A DNA stretch of 63,752 nt, the filler included, from Sphacelaria rigidula (Eukaryota): NCBI GenBank assembly GCA_964200075.2. It is 10 parts of 10 records of this genome, joined end to end, with 100 filler letters (N's around TTAATTAATTAA, not from the genome) between each part and the next. Parts side by side here need not be neighbours in the genome. Positions count along the whole stretch, not along the records: positions 12,773 to 19,057 come from CAXNAA020021010.1; positions 19,158 to 25,442 come from CAXNAA020021011.1; positions 25,543 to 31,827 come from CAXNAA020021012.1; 7 more parts are not named here. One strand, 5' to 3'. Under the pieces are notes generated by a model. It ran no database searches. It saw only the letters and a list, made by a program, of their open reading frames with translations, and was not told the DNA's origin. This document shows, piece by piece, positions 12,861 to 26,396 of this stretch. Every line of letters starts with the position of its first letter. The stretch's first letter is position 1. Made by a program: the position numbers and the translations under genes.

Positions 12861-13150
12861 GAGGGGGGAGAAGCATCTACGTACTGACGTGTGGAACCTG
12901 AATAACGGGCGGCCGTACCAAACACTGCGCGAGGAAGAGGGTGTTTCGCGCGTGGGTCTGTTTTCACGATGCAAAGCTACATGCGCATGTTCATGACTAC
13001 GAGATAGAAGTGAGAATGTTATCCTGCAGATCGGACCGGGCATTTTCCGTTTAATCAGAAGAAAGAATGTGTAAGTCTGAGAACTCTGCTGTTCGCTCGT
13101 ACCCCCTGATCCTCCTTCCCACCCCTGCCTACCCGTCCCGGCATGCTCAG

Positions 13151-13352
13151 GGCCCAAAATCGACATGCGCTACGGCCGCGTAGACACCAGCAGCGCGGAG
13201 GAGTGCCCCAAGGAAGGGAATCTTCCCGGCGCCAATGCGCCCTTTGGGGATGGCAGCCCGGACGCTCCCTCCCACCTTCGGAAGGTTTTTCATCGTATGG
13301 GATTCTCCGACCAGGAAATCGTGGCCTTGTCTGGCGCGCACACCATCGGCCG
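13151..13352 (+). CDS. APX: Ascorbate peroxidase (class I heme peroxidase), internal exon
   Basis: cag|...|gtaagc; [12 protein letters not shown]...GNLPGA...[27 protein letters not shown] (proximal His motif); ends phase 2. Confidence 0.93.
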
Positions 13353-14114
13353 GTAAGCAAGTAGGGAAAAAGAGAACCATCGATAAGTTCCGGAGTACAT
13401 GTGTACGGAGTCGGTTTGAGGTGGGCGCTGAATGCCGCGCCATGTTTTTGAAGCGGAAAGGGGGGGGGGCACGGGGCTGAGCTGCGTTGACAAAAGCCTT
13501 TATCTTTGCTGTGCAGACTGCTTGTTGGTTGCGTAGCTGTTCAATACTCACATCATATGCGCAGTAGTGATGGCCGTGTGTACAGCAGGCAAGAACAAAA
13601 CTGAGCCAGTACGCGGTTTGTTTGTTCCCATAACTACGGCACATACTTCGTATTTCACTCCAAGGAAGCGAAAAATTATTCAGCTCATCGAAAGCTTGCC
13701 AGCGGGTTACGGTGCCTCTCGTTCTGGGTACAGTGCAGTTGCTCGATTGAGAACGGGAAGATCGCAGCGCCGAAGCTGATCGTATCGCAACAAACGCCCT
13801 CTCGGGAGAAATCTGTGCGTGCGTTGTGTCAATCTGTCTCTTGTTGAGGACTCAACAGTTGGACCCTTGGGACCACACCAGCGCTGTACCTCAAACGGCC
13901 TCTCGTTGCTTGGGAGCGGTATCCTTGCTCATGCGAGTCATGTTGGTACTCTGCTTGCCACTGAATGGGGGCGACAGAACTGCGGCTACTACGGCTGCGC
14001 TTGTGATTTTGCTTTCCGTGCCGTTTTACCATGAGAGAGTATTGGGTAAAACTCTAGCCCTCTAGTACTGGGCGCCTGAAGTATTTTTTGTTCACAAAGG
14101 TTTTTTTACGCGAG

Positions 14115-14450
14115 TACTCTTCGATAAAACTTGAAAGTGCTTGCGTCGGTAGATTTTGGTAAAATGAACAGATCGTCCTCCCCCTCCAGTGCCCAAGTTA
14201 GTGCTATTCGATTTTATCAGGCGATACGAGTAGATACCCCGTTTATCAGGAGGGTGTTATTGACCGTGAAACACAGTTTTTCGGCTCTGATGCAATGAGT
14301 AGGGAAACTTTCAACAAACCTGTACATTTCTTCACAAACACGATCGGGACAGGCTCGATCGACCGAAAATACCGGAGAGTCAGAATCTGGGCTGCAACGC
14401 GTCAGAACCCCTGATGACCGGTCAGCCCGCAAGTCCCTCAATATTGAGTA
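14115..14450. mobile_element. MITE family C (~340 bp, TACTC...GAGTA ends) in APX intron
   Basis: Collinear with 41095-41445; ends in ctcaatattgagta. Confidence 0.7.
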
Positions 14451-15014
14451 CATATGGTTTCTTTTCTTGGGATGTGAAGCGGATGCAAGTATTCTCAGGT
14501 CCTCCATGTGATGAGCGGTGGAAAGCAAAAGAGCCTAAGAAATTGCCAATTACGAAGAAATTACTAAATGAACGGTTCAAGTGCCCAGCACCGTAAGTCT
14601 TCGCTTTGATACGTAAGTGGTGACATGCAGGGTGCGGCAGAGATTGCAACAACCTGACCGTACATCAGTCGAAAGTTCCGGCTCAGAGTCAAGGGTCGAG
14701 AGTTCAAATAGGAAAACTTCCCGTTCTCCAGATGTCTACCTCCCCACCTAATTATATCTCATCTCTGGGTACACTTTGTTTTGTTCCAAAGGAATAACTG
14801 CCGCTATATGCTGGGTACAGGAACGCAGAGGGATACGTACTCAGTATTTTCTCAACAGTACACAACAGCACCGACCCGACGTCATTTTTCGAACGACCCG
14901 TGGTGATTCAAGTGAGAATCGTGCTACTCTTTCCCGAACAACTAACTCTCAGGCTCGTATTCCACTTTTCCGTATGGCCCCTGTTGGCCGATTCAGATTT
15001 TTATGGATTCATGT

Positions 15015-15090
15015 CACCAGGGCTGGACCCCTGGGGGGGGTCAGTTGAAGTGCGACAATCAATCCAAAATCAATCAATTAATCAACCAAT
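15015..15090 (+). mobile_element. 3' end of a retroposon with (CAAT)n tail
   Basis: ..gtcagttgaagtgcgacaatcaatc; same end at 24648-24750, 37419-37483 and, more weakly, 41575-41600 (minus). Confidence 0.65.
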
Positions 15091-16223
15091 GGATAATGTT
15101 CTACAGAGAAGATAAATGTCGACGAGTATCTGTCGAGGATTCACCGCTTTCCAATATTCCTCATTTTTCGGTGCGACTCATACAACCCTGCTCGAACTTG
15201 TCCGCCCCTTTCCCGTGTGACTCGCATGACTCGAGAGCTGAAGGTAACGCAACACACCTCAGATGTGTGAAGCGGTCGTGGAAGGCTGTTTGTGTGTGAA
15301 CCCGCTAGGAGCAAATATCACCGTTTACTTGCTTTATTCAGACAGGGCATGTTAATCTGTTCGCATGTTTCGAACGATGGTAAACACCCGCTTTTCATTT
15401 CACAGCCCCAAGTAAATAAGGGGGTCGGCCACAACCGGGAAAGAACACTGTCGCTTCTCACATCACTATGGACACGTCATGAAGTACGTATCGATACATC
15501 AGAGGCCCACTCGAAACGGTTCGGTTACTCCGAGCTTCGGCTCCTGAAATGATTGGGCCACGGTCACGAAATTCGTAATATCACGCAAGAGTGACCATAC
15601 TCTTCAGCAACCGCGGCCCGCCAATGACCCATTTAGCCTGTTCGAGAGGGTGGTCGTCACTGTAATACCACAGTAAGCGCCTTGTCCGTGGACACAGTAC
15701 CTATCGCTACTGTCATGTGCTGGCCACATAGGCCGGGATGATGGTCTGCATGGGCAGCCAAAATACACTCCTCATTTGATTGGCATGTATGCTCGCAAGT
15801 GATCCGCCCCTTGTTTGCCTCAAGTTCTGCACAGCAGCAAATTCTTACTGCGCCAAGAGTAGCAACCTCACAAAGGTAGATAGCCGTTACGCCACATGCT
15901 GCGCAGGCTGCTATCACCGGTCGCTCGGGGTAGGGGTGTGTACTGGAGGGAGGCATTATCGTGGCAATTGTTTTTCGCGTGCTTGCCCATACCTGTTTCT
16001 CTGTCTGTGTATCGACTAATCCTCACCGAAATCCTCCGACGAGGCCCCAGCAACTGAAAAAATCTGAAAAAAAATCCCAACATGAAACGCCGCGCCTCTA
16101 ACTTACTCTGCAGAAGCAGTGGAAATTCCTTTCAATGCACTCGTACCGTTCCTGCTTTTCTAAACAGACGTATGCACTCCTGTTGACGTGAGCATTCGTG
16201 TGTATCCGACCCTTTACCACCAG

Positions 16224-16327
16224 GGCGTTCAAGGACAGAAGCGGGACTACGAAGTACCACTACGGCGACAAAGGCAGCACGAAGTTCACCTGCCCGGCCT
16301 TCATTGCTAGGCACGACGGCAAGAAAG
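16224..16327 (+). CDS. APX: Ascorbate peroxidase, next exon
   Basis: cag|...|gtgcgt; in phase with the previous exon; AFKDRSGTTKYHYGDKGSTKFTCPAFIARHDGKK. Confidence 0.9.
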
Positions 16328-17211
16328 GTGCGTTTTCTCTGAAGGACTGGAGCATGGCCCATCTAAGTCGGTATACTTCGGATGCCTTGTTCAAATGCCA
16401 GAAGGAGAAAAAGGAAAGTAAGGTCGAAGCGGCGATTTGGTGTTGCTTTCGCAGAAACAAAGCAGATAACCGGTGTCATTCTCGCCGTCAGACGGCCACG
16501 CACTTCTTGGAGCGCACGTTACCTAGCTGCACTCAAACACATCATCCTGCCAATCTTTGTGCTGCCTCGTCAGGGCGTGTGGAGCAGATCGGAGGGTTTA
16601 AAGTAACACAAGGCTATGAAAATTAAAATCGCAATACCGGGTCAAGAATTGGTTGATTTTCTGAGACCACGGACTCGTCCCGGGGAAAGAATGGGTGTAC
16701 TCATGCTATTCTATGCTGTAGTCATGAGACCATTAACTTCGCATTCCTACAAAGACGGGATAGACCACGCCGGGTTTTTGCCGGACCAGGCTTGTAATCG
16801 CCAAGCACGAAGCGCCGTAATGTGTTCGGCGACTGGCATGAAGGGTGAGCTGGATCCTACTATGATTTGTTCGGCACGAAGCGTATACATATGACAGCCT
16901 CCAATGAGCTGCTTCATTTTCTGGCATAATCACGTCCAGAGACAGCCACGAGTTACACTGCCTCATGGGTGTCTGACCATTTAAACGCCATGTAGTACGA
17001 TCATCCCCTTTGCAAGAATGAGACAAGGGGGGGGGGGGGCTGCAAATACAACAAAAACACACACACGCATACGCAAACTCGCTAAAAATTGTGTAAAATC
17101 TATCGGTCTTACATGCTCGCTAGGTGTTAAGTGTGGTCGTGTTCCGAAACGCCAAAGCTGTAAAAACGTGAGCTTTCTAAAGCGTCAGCGACGGTTTGTG
17201 TCCCCCGTTAG

Positions 17212-17406
17212 GTGTGGGAATGTCCGGCGGACAGAGTTGGACGGAAAAGTGGCTCAAGTTCGACAACTCATACTTCTCCATCCCCGAGGGCCCCGACAGC
17301 GCGCAGCTACTCAGGCTGCAGACGGACTCCTGCCTCTCGCAAGACCCATCGTTCAAGCCGTTCTTCGACAAGTACGCCGCTAGCCAGGATGACTTCTTCG
17401 CAGACT
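17212..17406 (+). CDS. APX: Ascorbate peroxidase, next exon
   Basis: tag|...|gtaaga; in phase; GGQSWTEKWLKFDNSYF...LLRLQTD..L.QDPSFKPFFDKYAASQDDFFAD. Confidence 0.93.
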
Positions 17407-18609
17407 GTAAGAAATATACTGTAGTACAGAGCAGGGTGGGTTAGAAGGTCGGGGCGGGGGGTAGCCGTAGTCTGAAACCCCCTCCCCCTTGGAAACGTTA
17501 CTTTGTCTAGATTATGGTTCTTTCAAGTACGACTTTCGTATCCACTTCCTATCCCTCAAGGAAACGCATTTAAAGTGCTGAGCCCGTACGCAAAAGTATC
17601 TACAGCGTACATCGCGTAAGACGACGGCACCAAGATGCGTAGCAGATGGCCGGTACAGGCGTACAGAAGTAGCCTCGCTATTTTTTCCGGTTGAGCGAGT
17701 TTCTATAAAAAAGGATTCATCCAGGGGAAGGACCCTTCATTTAGGGAGGGGAGGCCTACTTTCATCTTCGTTCCGGCGGCTTTTTGCTTGAGGGAGAGGA
17801 GTGAGTCGGGTGCCGTCGGTGATGGTATTTGACCTTCGGGAAACGGTATAGATGTCGAGAGAAACCCTGCTAAGTTTGCGTTGCCCTGCGGTTGTACCTC
17901 AGAGGTTGATTTTGCACTAGCAACATATGCCTCCACGCCCACTGAAATATAAAATATGCCACTACTGTACCAGTAGCAGATTACCTGTTTTACGCCACCC
18001 AATGTTGTGAGTCATCCGGGTTGTTTTATACTAATTGAAAATTGAGACAGCCACGTGCCTTTGAAGTGTATGCAATGGGCTCGCCACGTGGCAGCTCAAC
18101 TGTATGTGCTATCATCCTCTATACTCCGAAGCATATGAATTCATGTTTTTTAACGTCAAGTCACCGAGGAAATCGCTGAATGTTGACCGCTGAGTGAAGC
18201 TTGTTTCAAGTACGTATACCTCCCCCCCCCCCCATTCAATACATGCGACGTTTTTGTCGGTCATTATCGGTAAGTCAGATTTTGGTCCTTGACCATACCA
18301 CAGTTCTCATTCAACAACATTGTCCAAACATCTCATGTATCAGGGGCTTCATTTTGCATAAGATTCATGTTTTGAAGTTACTTTTTTTCATGTGTTGAAG
18401 ATCCGCGGTCCGCGGGGACAAGTCTTGACTGTGTTGTGATCTGCAAGCAGTCGGGGCGGCTAGTCTTTCTCTTGATCTCGATTCATCATGGTGACTGCCG
18501 ACACTGCCATCCACACATGTCCACTGCCCACGAAATCATACATGCGCCTGGAAGTTACCCTTCCGGAAACAGTCTGGTCACCCCCTCCTCCTTCCCCCCC
18601 CTCACCCCA

Positions 18610-19007
18610 CCAGTCGTCGTGTGGAGGAGGAAATAGATGGACAGAACTGCCTCTGTGGCAAAGGATAGAGAGCAGAAGTCATATTGTTGCAGAATGTGAA
18701 CTGTACAAGGAGGAACGGGACGTGCTAGAGGGGGAAATGCGGGACGTGAACGTAGGAGGCATGGACTCATTTAATGCTTTAGACAGTAGCGAGAAAACGA
18801 TGGCTATGCTAGGAGATAGATGGTGGCCACAGACGACGAAGCAGGACGGGGGAAAGATACGTAAAAGGTGTTTGTGCAATGTATGGAAGAAACGTAATGA
18901 GCGCCGGAATGTTGGGGGTTTCTCTGTTAGGAGTAGGAACGGTGCTCCGTCTCGAAACGGATGCGTTGTCAATGGTCAAACGACTAAGGCAAGCAACGAA
19001 TGAGTAC
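18610..19007 (+). mobile_element. 5'-truncated LINE 3' end
   Basis: ESRSHIVAECELYKEERDVLEGEMRD...GDRWWPQT...GCVVNGQTTKASNE*; C-rich at both junctions. Confidence 0.9.
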
Positions 19008-19057
19008 CCCGCCGGCGGCCCGCGCACCCACTCCTTTCTCGTGGTGCTTCTGTCTTT

Positions 19058-19157
19058 NNNNNNNNNNNNNNNNNNNNNNNNNNNNNNNNNNNNNNNNNNN
19101 NTTAATTAATTAANNNNNNNNNNNNNNNNNNNNNNNNNNNNNNNNNNNNNNNNNNNN
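19058..19157. other. Artificial contig linker
   Basis: Same 100-nt spacer. Confidence 0.97.
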
Positions 19158-21371
19158 TACTTGATCTAGGAATTCTTTTTCAATCGTACCGTATCTGGGC
19201 CACCGATCGGCCGAGAACGTATCTCTGCTAAGCCATCGCTCTCTACACTGTGCCAGGGGGTCTACGCGCCAACTCCGACCATGGCGCCCACACGTTCGGC
19301 TTTTGTCCCGCTCATTTGCCGTTCACGGTCGCCACAACGACCACGCCCCTTTCTCCCTGGAAATGGTGCCCGAGTCTCTACGCATCGACAAAATAACTAG
19401 ACTCACAACTTACAACGCGTCGGTCTTTTGTGATGCCGGGGTTTGTGAAACACCGTACTGTTCCGATCTCGGGGCTGGTGTCACGGTCAAGGTAGGCTCT
19501 TCCGTTTCGAACGGGCGGATCACATCATCGATGGTTGGTTCAAGCAACGGATGAAGGGGGAATTGATGAGCGCTGTTGTGACAAGCACTCTTATTTTCAG
19601 GGTGTGTTTTCCCACTACGCGGCAGAGTTGGAATTCTCCAGTTTGAATTTCGCCTTTATCATCACAATTTTTACTGTCACGTGTTGGAATTCTTCACATG
19701 AACTTCTGATTAAGGAATGCAGATATGTACGAGAGAAGATACGGCACAAGCGCTAGACGGCAGTATATGTTTTACTCTAACGTAACAGCAATACGGCAGT
19801 GATGATAAGCTATTGGATGCCCAGTAAGTGAATGGAGGCGTCTATTTTGAGTGACTTCTTTGTCCATATGTCGGGTTGGGAGCGAAACGAGCTCACCCCA
19901 CCTACATTGCTCCTTCCTTCATCCTCTCACGTCTTGTTTCTACCAGAGTTGTGCAGTCTTCGGTGAGAGCGAGTGACTAATTTTTAGTAAAAGTATTCAA
20001 GACAAGTTTCTGCTGTACGATTTGAATGTACACCAAACGACCACAGACGTTATTAGTAGTGTAGGTAACCGATATCTATTGGATACCCTCACGTATGCTT
20101 CTGCTTGCCGTGTACTATTATATTATTATCATCCATAGTTTTACCCGAGTAATTCAAAAGCCATCTATCAGCTGTGATAGAGAAATAGCCTTAGCTGAAC
20201 CAGGTATGTAATCTCCAATGGGGGTCACAGAAAAACCCGGTTCAAAAGTCTCATGTTCGAACAGTACACCCGGGAAAAACGACACGCGCAGTAGATGCAT
20301 CTTCAGAGAATAAAACACGTTGAGACGCGTTCGATCCCTTGGGACAAGGAATGAAGAATGACATGGAATGAAAGACGACATATCTTGACCAAAAACTGAA
20401 TACAAGATATATTCACGAGGGCAACTAATGCGGCCGTTTTTTTCTACGGCTCCAGTTCCAATGCTCCACCGTCACCCTGATCGCCAGCAGCCACGCGACG
20501 GCGAGGATGCCAGCTTTCAGTATGCGAAAAGAGATCAGTCGTCCAAGACTTGACCTTGAGTTTTGTGGCGGCGAATCCTTCAGCCTCAAGGGCTTCAAAA
20601 CGCTTGCTTGCCGCTGTGCCGACCTCGGCGAGATATGGTTCCCATGGACTCCAGTCCACACCGGGGTCGATCGCGAGGACTAGCCCATGGCCTGTGACAT
20701 GGGGATTCTTTCGGACACATGTGTTTGTAAACGGCACAACGAGGTGGCCCGAGTGCACCGTGAATGGTCGAGCAAACGTCGGCCTGTCTGCTGCTGTTGC
20801 CTCCGCCTCCTCTCGTGCTGCATCCGCATCTCCATTCGCCTGGCCTGCTGAGTTATGGGTGTCAACGCGGTTCGATTAGTTGATGTAGGGATCGAAATCA
20901 AAATTGCCTGAGTGCCCTGTCTTGACAATGAAAATACATACCCAGGTGCTGTCTTTCCTGAGTGCCCTGTCTTGACAGAGCATGTTGCTCACGTTTGGTA
21001 ATGATGCCCGGCGAACCGGGCGAGGCACCGCATAGCGGCAGTCCAGTCGTACATATCCTCCATTCATCGGCGAGAAGGCGCAGGCGCTGGTCGGTCCAAC
21101 TATCATCGCCACAACCACCGACGGCCCTGTTTTCTCGGCGCCATCGAGCCGCGCGCGACAACTCGACTTTATTGCCCTGGGCACGAAGGGACCGCAAGAT
21201 GACCGAGGGCGATCCAGCCCATGTGCTCCCAAGAATTGTCTCATCGAAGCCGCAGTGGTCCGGATGATTATCCCCGCCCTCGCTGTCGCTGGTGTCGGAT
21301 TTGGCGGTGTTTTTCAATTGTCGTGCGGCAAGTTCAAGCGAAAGGGGGCCAATTCAGGAATCATGTTTTAT

Positions 21372-21732
21372 GTTATCCTACGATAGGGCAGGGGGCATTT
21401 GGGGCAATTTTTTTCCATGAAATTTCACCTCAAACCATCGTCGAAAGCAGCAACAGTTGTCCGAACGCACTTGTTACCGATAAATAACGCCCAGGCATAC
21501 TGCTTGGCATCGTTTTCACCCGAGTACAAGCGCACCGCCAGTGAGTGTATTAGGTCTTCTGAGAAATCTATGAGCCCCTATTTTCGTGGAAACAATCTTT
21601 TGGAGGTGTCTCTATGAGAAATAGGAACGGTGCTCCGTCTAGAAAGAGATGCGTAGTCAATGGTCAAAAGACCAAGGCAAGTAGCAAATGAGCACCCCCC
21701 CCCCGCCTCCCCCATATCGTACGATGACTCTT
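21372..21732. mobile_element. MITE family A copy containing a LINE 3' fragment (21600-21694)
   Basis: gttatcctacgataggg ... ccccatatcgtacgatgactc; LINE end inserted just before the C-run of the right TIR. Confidence 0.75.
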
Positions 21733-22555
21733 ATGAAAAAACGTTCGTTACTCGTCGTAGGTGTGCTGAATACGTCGTCGCACTTGCGAATCTGCTCACG
21801 CTGATGTTTTTGAAGATATCATCATATCACCTACACCACCGATGTTACCGCCCGTTGGCTTACATTGGCTCGGTGATTTCATCGTCAATCGCAGCAGACA
21901 AAGACGCTGAGTCGAGAACAGGTTGTGGTTCGGGCAGGAAGACCGCTTCGTGCTCCGGGACGGAGGAGACGTGCCACACGTCCACGACTCGGATCCAGGG
22001 TATGCCCTCTGTGACTGCCGCTAGCGCAGCCGAATACACGCTGCAGACCGCCTGCATTCGAAACATCGCCGTCACGTGAGATGAACTTTTGCGGAGAATG
22101 TCCAACCGATGTTGTGGAAGTGTGGATCGAGCGGGCACCATGGAAATGAGAGATGCAAGTACTGAGATGTGGCACGCTCCAATCGATCAATCAGAGTTGT
22201 TCTATTTATTTTTTGCCCTGACTCGGATATGTTCCGTCTTGCCCGCCGAACGGAATTCGTGAAAGAAAACAGCGCTTCGAAGAAGAAGTGGGGAATCATG
22301 TCCGCAATCGCGGAATTGTGCTGGAGTAGCATTTGAGAAGCTAGCAGAACTCAAGCGCTTCCAAAATACGGAAGGAACACTGCATTTCGAGTTGTTGCCT
22401 AAAATTTTCCACAACTTCGCACCGCTTGTTGTCCTCGAGAAAAGTATAGGTCAGAGCCTACCGGAAAATGATATCCCGCAAACCTGAAAAATCCATACGT
22501 GCTGGACTCCGTTGTGCTCTGTCAATTCAACGGCGGCGAAAATACAGATGCTCAC

Positions 22556-23128
22556 CTCAAAGTTCGTGGGCCACAAGAGTACATTCGTTGTTCTCGGCAC
22601 GACTTCACCGGTATCTACCGGGGAGCCTTTTTTCGGTTGCAGCAACGACGACATGCTCGGATTCTCTTTCAACATGTCACCGTGGTCCCCGTGGGCTACT
22701 ACTTTCCCACGATCCGCCGCGATAGCTTGGAGGAGAGCGCGGCATCGAATCCTGTGCACCGCGGCCCCCAAGGTAACACCCACCCTCTTGGCAAAGTCGA
22801 TAAACCTTCCACCAACAGCATAGGGGCATGACGGAGACTCGCTATGCCGTTCGTAGATGCCCCCCGACGGTACACCCGAACTCCCGCGTTTTGAAGACTC
22901 AGCGGTCGGCTGCCGCCGTCGCCGTTTTTTTCGCGTACGCGTATTTGTTGCGCCTGTCCGAACGTATGGCAAGTCGGCGAAGGTAACTAGACCGAGGCAG
23001 CCTACGCCAGGCACCCAGAGTGGGGCCATAACGAAGGTATCTTTTGCGACGCGTCCGAGACCATCCCGAAGAATCTCCACAGATTTGTCTAGGGCAGCGT
23101 CTGAAGAAGCGCGCTTGTGAGGCATGGT
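22556..23128 (-). CDS. Probable exon of an uncharacterised, possibly decayed gene
   Basis: Open frame of about 190 codons, pyrimidine-rich upstream region ending AAG, donor GAG|GTGAGC at 22555; no recognisable family. Confidence 0.45.
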
Positions 23129-23474
23129 CTTTGGGGGGAAATGCAGGGGAGGGGTTGGGGTGCAGCGCGAGGGGGCGTACGTACGGGGAAGACGGAAGGG
23201 AAGGGCGGTGAGGTGAGGGCTTTCAGGGAAGTCAGCGACTCGTAAATATGCTGTTCATGTTTTCTACTCCCGGGTTGCTTGATTTTTATCTCTTGTGCTT
23301 ATTGTTCCGGCCGGTTTATGCTCCTGCTCCTGCTCCTGCTTGTGGGGTATTTCCTCTTTTGCTCGACTACTTTGTGTTTGTCATAAAATGGGTCCAGCAG
23401 ATCAAGCCAAATGATCCTGATAGCATCAGCTGCAATAAAAACGGCAACAATGGTCCAGATTTCTCCCTACTTTT

Positions 23475-23731
23475 GAGTCATGCTACGATAGGGGGCGGGG
23501 GTGTTCGATTCCACGAAAAAATGGGCTCATCGGTGCGTCAGACGACCCAACACACTCGCGATGCGCTTGTATTTGGGTAAAAGCGATGTCAAACAGTATA
23601 AATGAGCGTTCCAAATCGGAAGCAAGCGCGTTCAAACTACCGTTGCTGCTATCAACGACGACTTCAAGTAGAATTTCGTGGAAGAAAAAGACCCAAAATA
23701 CCCCACCCCCCCCTATCGTAGCATAACTCTT
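23475..23731. mobile_element. MITE family A copy (opposite orientation)
   Basis: gagtcatgctacgatagggg ... cccctatcgtagcataactc. Confidence 0.78.
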
Positions 23732-24647
23732 ATATTATACGAAACATCAACATGATCTGTACGCTGTTTGCTCGCCGATAACACGCTCACTTCGAGAACG
23801 ATGGAACTCCACGAAGCGTTTGCGACGCAGACGGACCCCTCAACCACAAGAAACACGTCGCCACGCTCAACCGCGCGCCTGACCAACCCGCTGGCTAGCG
23901 GCAGAGGTCCTGACCACCGTCCCACAGACTGGTTCGACGGTAAGCGGAATCGAGAAGAGAGTCATGTTACGTTTTTGCCCGAAGGCAAAAATTTGTTGAC
24001 AGCGGATGAATGTTCGTATTTTCGCGAGAAGGCAGATGTACGTTGTATCAAAGTTATCCTTTAGTTGATCCGGACAGTACCGTATCACAGGGATTGATAC
24101 CCGCAAAATCGATGGGTACACGACACAAAAACGGCATGGAAAACGCTTCGCAGTCGTTCCGTGGTTCACGGACGCGAGGCTCAACATCGTCGACCGGCCG
24201 ACCTATACATGAGACTCCTCAACATCATGCCGACGGCATCAACACAGGTTGACCACAACGCCGTTCAATACCCGGAGTAATTGTCGCCAAACTCCGTTTC
24301 CAACCCCACAGCCCGAAATATAACGTCGTCCTTTTTCGTGGTTCCTAATGATGGAAACGGGAGCATTGATCGCCACCGAGCACCAGGAGTCTCGACACCT
24401 CTTCTACTTGCGGGCATACGCTATACTAGTCGACCCGTGACTCAAGAACGGGGGCATGGAACCGATATCGTCTGCCAGCAGCGCGCGGCTGCGGTTCCGC
24501 AGACAAACGCCACGATAGCCATCTTTTTCATTCTTTCTTTTTCTACGTCGTGGTCTACTATGTCGTTCTGTTCGACTTTGTTTTTGTTCCTTCCTTTACC
24601 TTCAGCGAGTGTTTTAGTTTTGCTTTTCTCGGATACGTCTATCATGT

Positions 24648-24750
24648 TACCACGGCTGGATCATGACTCCTGGGGAGTCAGCAAAAGTGCGACAATCAAT
24701 CAATCAACCAATCAACCAATCAACCAATCAACCAATCAACCAATCAACCA
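24648..24750 (+). mobile_element. 3' end of a retroposon with (CAAT/CAAC)n tail
   Basis: accacggctggatcatgactcctggggagtcagcaaaagtgcgacaatcaatcaatcaacc... Confidence 0.7.
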
Positions 24751-25442
24751 GTCAAAGTCATCGCTCACGAAATGCGACGCTGCCCCCCCCGAGGCGAACC
24801 ATTCCGTGACCACGACCATTGAAACAAACGGTTTGAGTACTCATCGTGGCTCTCTACTCTGACTGACCTCTCTACGTGATTCAACGCCTAATTCCGACCA
24901 GAAAATCCACCATGAAATACCTCAACCGCTCGTGTTATCTGACGATAACGATGGGGCAGGAGGGCCATACTCAAGTACCTCGCTACCCGTTGTTGACGAC
25001 TCTCCGTGGAGATGAGCTTCATGGCTACCGGTCCACCCGGAAGATGCAACGACACCTAGGCGGTAACCGCCTGGTTCGAGGAGGGATATGATCGACGCCA
25101 TGTCTCGGCGGGGGCAGTCTACCTCGTCCCCAGCGCCGTTGCAGACGGACTGCAGGGTGGCCACTACCTCCGTGCAGAGTCCTTAACAAAAGACGTGGGT
25201 GTACAAGTAGTTGCAGGAGAGAGCCGAAAGGGGATTTTGTTGCCCGCAACACATGGTCGTGCTATGGTCGTGCTGCAGGATGTGCAGGGAAATTGTGCGT
25301 TTCGGTGTGGAAAGAGCTGGTGTACAGTCGCGATAATTGGTAACTCGGGTGTGGAACTATGGAACTAAGGGGGGTTCATCACTAGGTTGCCCAGCAGTAA
25401 AAACATCGGGGGGGGGGGGGGGGCACCATGGTCCTTCTTTCC

Positions 25443-25542
25443 NNNNNNNNNNNNNNNNNNNNNNNNNNNNNNNNNNNNNNNNNNNNTTAATTAATTAANN
25501 NNNNNNNNNNNNNNNNNNNNNNNNNNNNNNNNNNNNNNNNNN
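25443..25542. other. Artificial contig linker
   Basis: Same 100-nt spacer. Confidence 0.97.
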
Positions 25543-26362
25543 ATTTGTTGCTTGCCTCAGTCGTTTGACCATTGACCACGCATCCCTTTCGAGACGGAGC
25601 ACCGTTCCTACTCCTCATAGAGACACCTTCAACATTCCGGCGCTCATTACGTCTCTTGCATATATTGAATGCACAAAACCTTTTACACATCTCATCCCCG
25701 TCCTGTTTCGCCGTCTCTGGCCACCATCTATCTCCTAGTATAACCATCGTTTTCTCGCTACTGTCTAATGTATCAAATGATTTCATGCCACCTTCGTTCA
25801 CATCCCGCATTTCCCCCTCTCACACGTCCCGTTCCTCCTTATATAGTTCACATTCTGCCACTATATGACTTCTGCTCTCTATTTCTTTGCCACAGAAGCA
25901 GTTCTGTGCATCTGCTTCCTCCTCCTTTCGACTATTCGTACATCTCTTTCTTCGTTGTGGCAGGTCCAGGTCCCCTACACGAAATCGCAGTTTTAATTTT
26001 TTCGCCGCTTCCATGGGACCATGCAAATATGCTTTCATCCCGATCCCCTCTCTCGACCCCCCGTTTATCTTCAGGTGTTCTGCCTCGTCTACCTTGCGCC
26101 TGAGCGCTCCTTCCCTCCTTATTTCTACCATGTCTCTTACTTTTCTCTTGCACCCTGCGCCTTCACCGGCCGGCGTATATCTGCCTGTACAGATAGATTA
26201 GCAGAACCTGCCTGTACCGTAGAACCAGTTCCACAACGCGTTTGAGCAGACCCGCTAGTCTAAGAACGAACACATTTTTGAATTCGCCCGCCACCCTCAA
26301 TAGAGACGAAGCATCATAATACGAACAGACCACCACATGTGCACGCACAGCACTACAAGCCA

Positions 26363-26396
<34 letters not shown>

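Noticed and set aside
15780..16019. Cys-rich 79-aa ORF nested in the APX intron
   Set aside because: Non-ATG start, no signal peptide or recognisable Cys pattern
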